Notes under the pieces: model-generated
The model's database searches: none
Told to the model about the DNA's origin: nothing
Seen by the model: only the letters and a program-made list of their open reading frames with translations
Virus record (IMG/VR): IMGVR_UViG_3300038828_000048
Span: 32,001 to 96,000 of that record
Direction: 5' to 3' (one strand)
DNA: 64,000 bases
Origin: a virus
Taxonomy: Duplodnaviria; Caudoviricetes
Position numbers and translations under genes: made by a program
In this document: one piece after another, positions 7,741 through 16,512 of the stretch
Position numbering within the stretch: position 1 is the stretch's first letter
How the letters are laid out: each line of letters begins with the position of its first letter

Positions 7741-8619
7741 CTAATATTTACCAATCATATCTTTCATAATATCCATGCTAAAACCAGAATTAGGATGTGT
7801 AGGTGGATCTATAGTAAATTTATTATCTATATTACTTATATTATCACTATATAATTTATATTGAGAAGCTATAGCTTTAAGTTTCTTAACTTCTACTAAT
7901 GCTTTAGTATGTACCCTACTAAAATTATGATACATGTCTGTTACTAGTTTATTATAATCATTATCCTCTATCATATTCTCTATATTAATAATAGATGTTA
8001 ATCCTATTAAACATGTATCTTTATTAAATAGATATTGTACTAAAATATCTATTTGATCTAAATCAATATTAGCATACTTGTGTATTAAATCTCTAATAAC
8101 TAAATCATATTTAGTAGCTATACTATTTACTAATTTACAACTCGTATTAAAATAGCACGCTCTGAGGTTCTTTTTTAACTCTATGTTGGGAATCCCCGAA
8201 TTGATATTTGTATAATCTGTTTCCAGAAACCCTACATCTGCTGATTTATAATTCTTTAAATATGATAATAGTGCTAATATTGATGACCCTGTTCCACTAG
8301 TTATTATTGAATCTGGGGTATATTTAAGACCATTATCAGGAATATGCTCATCATTAACTAAGGAACTAAATAACTTCTTATTATAATTTCTATATCTTAT
8401 ATATCCTTCTAAAGGTAGTATTGTTTTAAAATATGGTGGTACGAACGTGGGAGTTTCTGGTGGTCCACCAACATTAGCGGAAATAGCATTTGGATAAGTA
8501 TTAAGTGTTCTTTCATCTCTTAATTTAGCACTATATTTAAATACACCATATTGACCTTTAACTCTAATAACAGATAGATATGGTTTGTATTCACTATTGT
8601 TTTTATTTAACTTACTCAT
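7741..8619 (-). CDS. Hypothetical protein, paralogue 3 of a tandem family; possible read-through to 7540
   Basis: Shares the motif D.I..L..Y....T..IG...I..IE..I....Y..LV with the next two ORFs. The frame stays open 66 codons past the TAG. Confidence 0.75.
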   Translation of the reverse strand: MSKLNKNNSEYKPYLSVIRVKGQYGVFKYSAKLRDERTLNTYPNAISANVGGPPETPTFVPPYFKTILPLEGYIRYRNYNKKLFSSLVNDEHIPDNGLKYTPDSIITSGTGSSILALLSYLKNYKSADVGFLETDYTNINSGIPNIELKKNLRACYFNTSCKLVNSIATKYDLVIRDLIHKYANIDLDQIDILVQYLFNKDTCLIGLTSIINIENMIEDNDYNKLVTDMYHNFSRVHTKALVEVKKLKAIASQYKLYSDNISNIDNKFTIDPPTHPNSGFSMDIMKDMIGKY

Positions 8620-9353
8620 ATAAGTATTGTTTTTGATTCGTAATTAATATTTATTTGTATTTTATAATGATTTAGTTTGTTACAAAACTCAACAGTATCA
8701 TCTACTAATTCTCTATAATGATTTGGATGAATTTTCATTTCTAATTGTGTAATTAACTCATATCCTATTTTACTAGTAGTGCTTTGTTGTAAATAATTTA
8801 GCATTATATTTATATTATCGATAGAATCTCCAGTAAAGAATACTATCTTATGAATTAGATACTCTCTAAAAGCAAGTATATCAGCTTGTATATAAGTATA
8901 GTATTCATGTATTTGAGCATTAATTCCACGATTTATAGTGTCATCTAATCTTACATCTGTTTTATATTCAGGAGTATCTGGTTTATATTCTATATTATAT
9001 ATACTTATTACTTTTCTATCAAATAATACACTATCTAATTTTTGTATATATTCATTACTCATTTTATTTATCTGATTCCGAGTTGGTAAACAAAACAATA
9101 ATTGTTGAAAAACTAATAATGGTATTATAGGAATATCATATTCCCAACTTAAATATTTTAATGTTTCAAATTGTTGATTATATGATATTTTAACACTATA
9201 ATGTGCAGATGAATAAGTATAAGTATATAAATTGGTTAAAATGCTATTATTATTTTTAAAACAAAATGTATCAGGTGTGCTATTTGATTGTTTTTCTAAT
9301 TCTAAAAATTTTATAAATATATTTGCAATAATTGTTTTTGATTCTGATTTCAT
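8616..9353 (-). CDS. Hypothetical protein, paralogue 2 of a tandem family
   Basis: DNINIMLNYLQQSTTSKIGYELITQLEMKIHPNHYRELV; ATGA overlap with the downstream gene. Confidence 0.75.
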   Translation of the reverse strand: MKSESKTIIANIFIKFLELEKQSNSTPDTFCFKNNNSILTNLYTYTYSSAHYSVKISYNQQFETLKYLSWEYDIPIIPLLVFQQLLFCLPTRNQINKMSNEYIQKLDSVLFDRKVISIYNIEYKPDTPEYKTDVRLDDTINRGINAQIHEYYTYIQADILAFREYLIHKIVFFTGDSIDNINIMLNYLQQSTTSKIGYELITQLEMKIHPNHYRELVDDTVEFCNKLNHYKIQININYESKTILI

Positions 9354-9357
9354 AAAT

Positions 9358-10143
9358 TTATTTTTTTGTCATTGTAAATCCAGCAATATAATGAATTTGA
9401 TTTATAGTTGTTTTAACTAATTGAGAATATAACTCTGGTTCAACTATTTTTTCTATATTTAATAATAATGTTCTCCCTAAAGCTCTTGTATCTAGATTAT
9501 TATAATACTTTAATATATTATCTATTCCATCTGAATCATATTTATCTTTAATATTATCTTTTATTTTATCTATAGTTGTATTATGTAATAATATCATAGC
9601 ATGTATCGTAGATTCAACCAAAGTATCAAGGTTATATATCATATATCTATCTGATACAATACTAGGTGTTATATTATTCTTTATTACATCTAATCTATCA
9701 CCTCTTGGAGTATTATGCAGTATATACTCTTTTAAATTACTAATATCGACACTACTTAATATATCAATTATTTTCTTTTGAACTACTATTAAAGATTCGA
9801 TATCTGTCTCATAACCATCTTTTATATCTATAAAATTTGATGTTAGAGTAAATTTTAATATACCATTGTTTAAATTAGGAGGAGCTATATTATTATATGG
9901 TAAAAAATAAGTTATAAGATGTACATTAGTTAAATCTTTATAAGTTGGCATAAGAATATCGAATGATGCAATGAACATGTATGATTTGATGTTAAACTTA
10001 AATATCTGAAAGACTACATCATCTCTAAAATCTTTAATTATACGTTTATCTTTTGTAACTTTAATATCTTCATTATCATCTTTATCAATTAGTTTGGATT
10101 TTGGATTATAAAATATCCTTAATAATTTTGAGAGTGTTCCCAT
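9358..10143 (-). CDS. Hypothetical protein, paralogue 1 of a tandem family
   Basis: DGIDNILKYYNNLDTRALGRTLLLNIEKIVEPELYSQLV. Confidence 0.75.
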   Translation of the reverse strand: MGTLSKLLRIFYNPKSKLIDKDDNEDIKVTKDKRIIKDFRDDVVFQIFKFNIKSYMFIASFDILMPTYKDLTNVHLITYFLPYNNIAPPNLNNGILKFTLTSNFIDIKDGYETDIESLIVVQKKIIDILSSVDISNLKEYILHNTPRGDRLDVIKNNITPSIVSDRYMIYNLDTLVESTIHAMILLHNTTIDKIKDNIKDKYDSDGIDNILKYYNNLDTRALGRTLLLNIEKIVEPELYSQLVKTTINQIHYIAGFTMTKK

Positions 10144-10169
10144 TTTTTTTTATATTAATGTTTATTAAA

Positions 10170-11078
10170 TTAAATATTAATAGTTATATCCATAACTATC
10201 TCATTCATTTCATGCCTAATGTAATCAAAATCATAATTTTCTATTTCCCAGCTATCTGTAACCTCATCATACATTGAGTGCATTAATCTATTACCCATAC
10301 AAGTATATCCATATTCCTCTAGAATATAGGAATATACTCCCAATTGTATTCTATAATGGTTGTAGTTACAGTCATCAAAATGATTAATTGGATATTTCAT
10401 TTTCTGAAAAGGATTATTCATATTCATTTTTTCATTTGTTTTATGATCTCCTATCCAGAATACTATATTACCATTAAATTCTTCAACCCATAGTTGATCT
10501 ATTTGTCCTAATAACATACCAGAATATACAATTAATTCTGTGTAAAATCCTGGTTTTAAATCTTTTAAATCTACAACTAATCTTTTTAAATCTTGATTTA
10601 TAAATTCATTACATTGTATAACAGGAAGTTTATTTCCCGTAAAAGGATTGATCATAAAATCTTCTTGTAATGCATTAAATTCTTCGTTTGAATGATATTT
10701 TCCACCTTTGATTAATGAATTTTTATTTTTCTCATCCCAACTCTTTAATATATAAGATTGAATCTTCTTTACTTCATTCTCATCAGCATACATTCGTAGA
10801 TGTTTAAATAATCGATAGTCTGTTCCTATATATCCTTTCTTATATGGTTTAAAATAATCCTTTGGTTCTTTTGGTTTATTTAATAAATAATCATCTATAT
10901 GCAAAGTAGGATCTACATCAGTTTTATATAACAAAAACTCATATGCTTTATATAAACTCCAAAATACATCGTCAAATTCTTGCGAATATCGTTTCGAAAC
11001 AGAACTTGCTGAGATGTATTTGAAATTTTCATCTGGAAAATTTTTATAATATTTGTGGATTGATTCGATAAAATACAT
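10170..11078 (-). CDS. PD-(D/E)XK (Cas4/RecB-like) nuclease
   Basis: G..YH...E, E, GQIDQL, IGDHKTN and HYRIQLGVY (QxxxY) motifs. Such nucleases are commonly found near the terminase region of crAss-like phages. Confidence 0.85.
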   Translation of the reverse strand: MYFIESIHKYYKNFPDENFKYISASSVSKRYSQEFDDVFWSLYKAYEFLLYKTDVDPTLHIDDYLLNKPKEPKDYFKPYKKGYIGTDYRLFKHLRMYADENEVKKIQSYILKSWDEKNKNSLIKGGKYHSNEEFNALQEDFMINPFTGNKLPVIQCNEFINQDLKRLVVDLKDLKPGFYTELIVYSGMLLGQIDQLWVEEFNGNIVFWIGDHKTNEKMNMNNPFQKMKYPINHFDDCNYNHYRIQLGVYSYILEEYGYTCMGNRLMHSMYDEVTDSWEIENYDFDYIRHEMNEIVMDITINI

Positions 11079-11086
11079 TACTTTTG
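11079..11086 (+). promoter_or_regulatory. -7 promoter box for the plus-strand virion module
   Basis: TACTTTTG matches TAnnTTTG; TTTG upstream at 11052-11055; about 50 nt before ATG 11137. Confidence 0.5.
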
Positions 11087-11098
11087 AGTTTTATTCTG

Positions 11099-11106
11099 CA
11101 AATTTA
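11099..11106 (-). promoter_or_regulatory. -7 promoter box for the nuclease operon
   Basis: TAAATTTG(CA) on the minus strand, 20 nt before ATG 11078. Confidence 0.65.
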
Positions 11107-11136
11107 CGGAAATTTATCTAAAAAAATAAATAAGAT

Positions 11137-11499
11137 ATGTTTAAATGCAAAAATTTTGAAGAATTTTTATCTATTCAGATCGAATTGTTATTTTTGTTAA
11201 AAATTAAAAATAAAAAACTTCAATTAAAATCTAAACCAAAGAAATTTTATATTCATTGTATATACCTTCATGCTCAAAATATTGATATTTCATCAATTGA
11301 TGCAGCAGAAATGCTTCGTGATTATATGGGATGGATGACTTCTGATAATGTATATTCTTATAGAACTAATCTTAAAAAAACAGGTTGGTTTGTAGATGAT
11401 CCATCAGCAAAAGGTGGATATAATATATTACCGATATTTAGATATACTCAACTACCTACATCAAAAGAATATAAATTTGAATTAACTTATGACATATAA
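11137..11499 (+). CDS. Putative winged-helix DNA-binding protein
   Basis: LRDYMGWMTSDNVYSYRTNLKKTGWF resembles an HTH plus wing. Confidence 0.5.
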   Translation: MFKCKNFEEFLSIQIELLFLLKIKNKKLQLKSKPKKFYIHCIYLHAQNIDISSIDAAEMLRDYMGWMTSDNVYSYRTNLKKTGWFVDDPSAKGGYNILPIFRYTQLPTSKEYKFELTYDI

Positions 11500-11809
11500 G
11501 GATAAATTTGAAAAAGAGGTGGTTCAGAATACAGCATTAAAAAGTAATTTATCAGAAGAACATGTATATATAATATATAAGATTACCTTTGTGACGTTAT
11601 ATAGATTGATGGTTAATCCATTTACCGAAAGAATTTGTTTACCAGTAATGGGTAAATTTTGTCTTAATATGGCAAGATGTAGGAGAATGGAAGATAAAAT
11701 ATATCATGATATTAATCAGAAATCTAAAGTTGCTGATAGAGTTTTAAGAGCTAACTTTAATTTATTAGCTAATGTTAAATTTTTTATAAATAAATATGGT
11801 AAGCGATAA
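11489..11809 (+). CDS. HU/IHF-like DNA-binding protein
   Basis: Helix-turn-helix (VVQNTALKSNLSEEHV) followed by ICLPVMGKF, similar to the HU i.l..fG.F strand; IHF-like genes are typical of crAss-like phages. Confidence 0.6.
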   Translation: MTYKDKFEKEVVQNTALKSNLSEEHVYIIYKITFVTLYRLMVNPFTERICLPVMGKFCLNMARCRRMEDKIYHDINQKSKVADRVLRANFNLLANVKFFINKYGKR

Positions 11810-12020
11810 TCAACAAATAGATATTCAATTAGATAATGAACAATATGTAAAGTATTTAATTAATTATCTTGATATTTTACAAAAAGGAAGGGTAAAACCT
11901 AATTCATCAAAAGAAGCACAAGTACCTGTTATCTATGATTCGATTGATAATTTACCCGACATAAAGGGTGTAAAAAATAGATTAAACTTTATTTTTTCAG
12001 TAGCACCAGTTAACAACTAA
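11796..12020 (+). CDS. Small hypothetical protein
   Basis: 74-aa ORF overlapping the upstream gene within the operon. Confidence 0.6.
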   Translation: MVSDNQQIDIQLDNEQYVKYLINYLDILQKGRVKPNSSKEAQVPVIYDSIDNLPDIKGVKNRLNFIFSVAPVNN

Positions 12021-12059
12021 GTATTATTAACATTATTAAATATTATAAACATTATTATT

Positions 12060-12701
12060 ATGGAATTTGAAGTTAAAATGAAAGCAGAGTTTTTAGCTTG
12101 GAAACGAGATAGATCATTTATTGATTTATTTAAAGAATCGAATCAAACCATTATAGCTGGAGGAAAACCTAGAGTATTGGTAGAAGCATTTTTATATATT
12201 CCTCCAAAAACTGATACAGATATTCTTACAACAGATACAGAACCGCAAATTTTGGCATTTAGCGATTTGAATTTATCCCAACAAAGAGGTTTAAGATCTT
12301 TACCGTTTGTAAAAGTAATACACTCAATAGGTAGTAGTTTTGAACCAGGTCAAATTTTTGGTGTAAAAGATCAACTTGCTAAGGTTGAATATAATGAAAG
12401 ATATAAAGAATGGAACTCGCAGCGAGCAATGCAACCTTCAATGGAAGGAAAAGTACCTATGCCTCCAATGTACTTTATGGGATGGGATGCTTGGGATGCA
12501 TTTAAATACAAGATTAATAAATTTACAGATGTAGTAACTTGTAAAGATCAAATGGTATTTTTGATACCAGAAGATTTTTTAATTACTAATTGTAATTATG
12601 GAGATGATAATCCTATTTTAGCTAATAAAGCTACAGAACAAGTTGCAAATAGTACATCTGTAGAACAATTAGCTCTTAAATTAGAATATAAGGAGAACTA
12701 A
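12060..12701 (+). CDS. Hypothetical protein, possibly a divergent GroES-like co-chaperonin
   Basis: PRVLV...KVIHSIG..FEPGQ...FLIPEDFLI resembles the GroES strand order, with insertions. Confidence 0.4.
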   Translation: MEFEVKMKAEFLAWKRDRSFIDLFKESNQTIIAGGKPRVLVEAFLYIPPKTDTDILTTDTEPQILAFSDLNLSQQRGLRSLPFVKVIHSIGSSFEPGQIFGVKDQLAKVEYNERYKEWNSQRAMQPSMEGKVPMPPMYFMGWDAWDAFKYKINKFTDVVTCKDQMVFLIPEDFLITNCNYGDDNPILANKATEQVANSTSVEQLALKLEYKEN

Positions 12702-13090
12702 TGGTTATATTAATAACTCTAATATTATTTTATTTAGTAGTTATTATATCTATAATAACTCACACAGATCCTTGGGATTATTTTGATTATAAACGCTGGA
12801 GAAGTGTTAGTATTTGGTTAGCAAAATTATATTTGAAATCACAAGGAGAAACCACCACTTATCTCGATAGAACACAAATATTTAATTATGGATATAGATT
12901 TAGTAAATGTTATCCTTGTGTTATAGCAGGTAAATGTATTAAATGTAATTGTAATATAGAAGGTAGATTTAATAATTTTACTGATACTTGTAGCGATGAT
13001 AAATTCGGAGAAGCTCTTAGTGAAGAAGAAATTGATGAATATTTTTTTAATCCAGATAATAAATTTGAAATAACAGTTAAAGAATCATGA
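12701..13090 (+). CDS. Membrane-anchored Zn-ribbon protein
   Basis: N-terminal TM segment; CYPC..GKCIKCNC...C cluster. Confidence 0.65.
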   Translation: MVILITLILFYLVVIISIITHTDPWDYFDYKRWRSVSIWLAKLYLKSQGETTTYLDRTQIFNYGYRFSKCYPCVIAGKCIKCNCNIEGRFNNFTDTCSDDKFGEALSEEEIDEYFFNPDNKFEITVKES

Positions 13091-13509
13091 TAGAAGTTTT
13101 TTTTAATAAAGGAGGAGTTGCTAATAATAAGAAAAGTTTATCCTTTCAAAATGAATCGATAGTATTAGACACTCCTATAAATGTTGGAGATACGAACGTA
13201 CCGCTTGTTTGGAAATATACAGGTAGTCCGCTAGATATTGTATATGTTAGACCTCATTGTGGATGTACTGCTGGAGTATCGTTTGTAGGTAATACAATTA
13301 TTGCTTATTATAATGATACATCAGTAGCTAATACTACAACTCAACATATTAAAAAACAATTATCAGTATATTTAGATGATGGTAAAGAGTTAAAGATTAA
13401 ACAAGGTTTAAATAGTGTTTTTAATGATAATAAAGCAAAGATTATTATAGAATTTACTGTTAAAATAAATCCATTACCAAAACCTCCTTATAATAAAAAG
13501 GATTATTAA
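13087..13509 (+). CDS. DUF1573-like Ig-fold protein
   Basis: YTGSPLDIVYVRPHCGCTA matches the DUF1573 signature (pL.I..v..sCGCt). Confidence 0.7.
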   Translation: MIEVFFNKGGVANNKKSLSFQNESIVLDTPINVGDTNVPLVWKYTGSPLDIVYVRPHCGCTAGVSFVGNTIIAYYNDTSVANTTTQHIKKQLSVYLDDGKELKIKQGLNSVFNDNKAKIIIEFTVKINPLPKPPYNKKDY

Positions 13510-13510
13510 T

Positions 13511-14041
13511 ATGATTGAAGTAAATCTTAATAAAAAATTTGATGATTGTTTTCCAATTATAGCTAGATCACATGCTATACAAGAGATATATACAAGATAT
13601 CCAAAAATAGCAGATAAGATATTATGGAGTATATTTTTATTACATTATCCAAATCCAGATTTAAATCCTAAAATAAATATTCCTTATAATGAGAGATTGG
13701 TTGATATTAGAACTTCTTATTATGATTTAGATATAGCATCTGAATTAGTAAAAGATGCAATCAAATCATTTATATCACATATCGAACCAATAGAGTTAAA
13801 GTTATATACTATTCAACGTAAGAAGTTAGAAGAACTTACAGAACACTTTGGAGAATTGGATATGAAAGTGGAAAAGGATAAAGATGAATATTTAGCGATA
13901 AGTAAGATACTTCCGTCAATTTGGTCAAATTTTGATAAAGTTAAAAAGGATTATTTAGCAAATATATCTAAAGAAGCTTCTACTGAAATAGAAGGTAAAG
14001 GAAATCTTTCTAAAGCAGAAGAAAGAAGATTAAGAGGATAA
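13511..14041 (+). CDS. Helical protein upstream of the terminase (small-subunit candidate)
   Basis: Immediately upstream of the large terminase; coiled-coil-like C-terminus. Confidence 0.5.
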   Translation: MIEVNLNKKFDDCFPIIARSHAIQEIYTRYPKIADKILWSIFLLHYPNPDLNPKINIPYNERLVDIRTSYYDLDIASELVKDAIKSFISHIEPIELKLYTIQRKKLEELTEHFGELDMKVEKDKDEYLAISKILPSIWSNFDKVKKDYLANISKEASTEIEGKGNLSKAEERRLRG

Positions 14042-14079
14042 ATAAGTATTATTAGTATTATATATATAAGAGTGATTAA

Positions 14080-16497
14080 ATGAGTGATGTAAAAGTTTAT
14101 AATATAAACGGTCATAACATTGTAAGTTTAGCACCTTATATATATAATGCTAAGAATTTTTTATTTAGAGATCATCCTAAATATCATCCTGATAGTAGTA
14201 ATTACTTACCATATTGGGATAATGAAGCAAAAAAAGCTATCGAAGGATTTTGGGGATTGGATCAAAAAGGAAAAACTAATGATGATCAATTTGATCCTTC
14301 ATTACCAGGGGGATGGAGGTTTATAACACCTCAACATTACTGGCATATTAATTATTGTTTTCTACAACACTTACCAGATCCAAAATCTCCACCAATAACC
14401 CAATTAGCAGATTTTAGAGATATAGATACCTATTGGTTTTATTTATATCTTATAGCATGTGGATTTTCAGGATTTTATGGAGATGAAAATAGAAATTGTC
14501 ATTACTTATTAAAAAGGTATGAAGATTGTTTAACTTCCAAAAATAAACATTTTACTCTTACTCCGAAAGAAAAAGATTTATGGGATTCTATACAAGATAC
14601 TATCAAAAAACCAGATGGTTCTTATAAAAAATATATATCTCCTCTTTATTATCTTAAAAGTACATTTTCTAAACCAATGGGTTCTATTATATATGAGAAT
14701 CCAATGTACAATATGGCAGATCTAGAAGCTAGGGGATCTGGAAAAACCTATAGACTAATAGCTGTTGCATCTCAAGCATTTAATTTCTTTGGTGCTAGAA
14801 CATTCGATCAATATTTAAAAGTAAAAAAAGGTCCTACTATTTGTGTAGGTTCTGCATTATCATCCAAATCAGGTGGATTACTTAAGAAATTTGAGTTTAG
14901 TCAGAATATGTTGGTTGATAATTTTGGTGAATGGGATGACGGTGTTACGTTTATACCAGGTTATTTTCATAAAGAAACATCTGGGGTAATATCATCTGGT
15001 AATGAAAAGAACCCATACCGTCATGAATTTAAAGCTAAAAAAGGTAAAACTTGGAAAAAAGCAGGTACATTTACATCTATTGTACATCAGTCTTATGAAA
15101 ACAATCCAGAAGCATTTGTAGGAAATAGATCTATCTTAATGATAGAGGATGAGTTTGGATTAAATGAAAATGCTGAGAAATGTGCTCATGCTGACAATAC
15201 TGTAATGAAAATGTCAGGTGTTAAGATGGGTATTGCAGTTAAATCTGGTACGGGTGGAAACATATTAAAAGTAAAAGGAGCTAAAGCTATCTTTTATAAT
15301 CCAGATGATTTTGGATATTTAAAACTAGAAGATCATTGGGAACATAGTTCTCGTGGTATATCAGTATTTATACCATCATATTATGTCGATAGTTCGTTTA
15401 GAGATGAGAACGGTAATCAAAATATAATTCGTGCATATCAACAAGAGATGCATAATAGAGCAAAACTCATTAATGGTGCTAGCTTAACTATGCTTGATGG
15501 TTATATAATTGACCACCCAATAGTTCCATCTGAAATGTTTTTAGCACCAGAAACAAATATATTTCCTGTAGTATTGCTTAGAGAACATAAAGCAAGATTA
15601 GAAGCTAAAAATGTATTTGAAAAAATTACTAGTTTTGGACATTTAGAATATACTGATAAAACAGAAAAACAAGTAAAGTGGGTTGTTAATACAGATAGAT
15701 ATAGACAACCTATTAAATCTTATGATTTAAAATCTCATGATGGAAATTTAGGAGGTTGTATTAGTGTATTTCAGCATCCTGTAGATGGTATTCCAGATCC
15801 AACATATAATTCATCTTTGTATAAAATAGCAGTTGACCCTGTTCGAGATGATAATGGAGGTATATCTTTGTATGCAATTTCAGTATATAAAGGATATACT
15901 TTAGCTGGATGGAATGATGATTTTCAAAATACAATTGTAGCCGAATATTATGGTAGGTTAGATGATGTTGATGAAATGCATGAAATAGCTATTAAATTAT
16001 GTTTATATTATAATTGTAAAAATCTTCCAGAAACAAATATTCCAGATATTATTAGATACTTTAAAAGGAAGAAAAAATTACATTTATTTCAAGCAAAACC
16101 TTGGGATAGTATATCTCACGCTATTGCATCACCTAGTGCTAAATATGATATAGGTGTAGATATGAGTTCTCCTAAATTAAAAATACAGGGTGAGCAATTA
16201 ATAAATAAATGGTTGAACGAAAAAAGAGGAGTAGATGAAAGTGGAAAAAATATATTAACTTTGCATTCTATAAACTCTTTGAGATTAATAGATGAGTTAT
16301 TAGTATATGATCGTAGTAAAAATACAGATGGTGTAATAACATTGATGCTTATAATGTTTTGGATACATCAGGAAGAATTAGTTCCTGTTCAGAAAAAAGA
16401 TAAAGCATCTCATAAATCAAAGGTTGATGAGTTTTTTGAAAATAATCAAAAACTTAAAGGATTAAATAATATTATGCATAATGAATATATATCATAA
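14080..16497 (+). CDS. terL: Terminase large subunit
   Basis: Walker A (EARGSGKTY), Walker B (LMIEDEFG), coupling region SGTGG, nuclease motif IAVDP, AEYYGR; directly upstream of the portal. Confidence 0.95.
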   Translation: MSDVKVYNINGHNIVSLAPYIYNAKNFLFRDHPKYHPDSSNYLPYWDNEAKKAIEGFWGLDQKGKTNDDQFDPSLPGGWRFITPQHYWHINYCFLQHLPDPKSPPITQLADFRDIDTYWFYLYLIACGFSGFYGDENRNCHYLLKRYEDCLTSKNKHFTLTPKEKDLWDSIQDTIKKPDGSYKKYISPLYYLKSTFSKPMGSIIYENPMYNMADLEARGSGKTYRLIAVASQAFNFFGARTFDQYLKVKKGPTICVGSALSSKSGGLLKKFEFSQNMLVDNFGEWDDGVTFIPGYFHKETSGVISSGNEKNPYRHEFKAKKGKTWKKAGTFTSIVHQSYENNPEAFVGNRSILMIEDEFGLNENAEKCAHADNTVMKMSGVKMGIAVKSGTGGNILKVKGAKAIFYNPDDFGYLKLEDHWEHSSRGISVFIPSYYVDSSFRDENGNQNIIRAYQQEMHNRAKLINGASLTMLDGYIIDHPIVPSEMFLAPETNIFPVVLLREHKARLEAKNVFEKITSFGHLEYTDKTEKQVKWVVNTDRYRQPIKSYDLKSHDGNLGGCISVFQHPVDGIPDPTYNSSLYKIAVDPVRDDNGGISLYAISVYKGYTLAGWNDDFQNTIVAEYYGRLDDVDEMHEIAIKLCLYYNCKNLPETNIPDIIRYFKRKKKLHLFQAKPWDSISHAIASPSAKYDIGVDMSSPKLKIQGEQLINKWLNEKRGVDESGKNILTLHSINSLRLIDELLVYDRSKNTDGVITLMLIMFWIHQEELVPVQKKDKASHKSKVDEFFENNQKLKGLNNIMHNEYIS

Positions 16498-16512
16498 TAA
16501 AATAGATAAATA

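Noticed and set aside
6661-9979. Exact 18-bp repeat AATGATGCAATGAACATG at 6661-6678 and 9962-9979 (both encode MFIASF)
   Set aside because: A rough estimate gives about one such match by chance in 64 kb of AT-rich DNA, and there is no flanking similarity.
10170-11078. Cas4-like gene as evidence of a CRISPR-Cas system
   Set aside because: No other cas genes or array; stand-alone PD-(D/E)XK nucleases are common in these phages.
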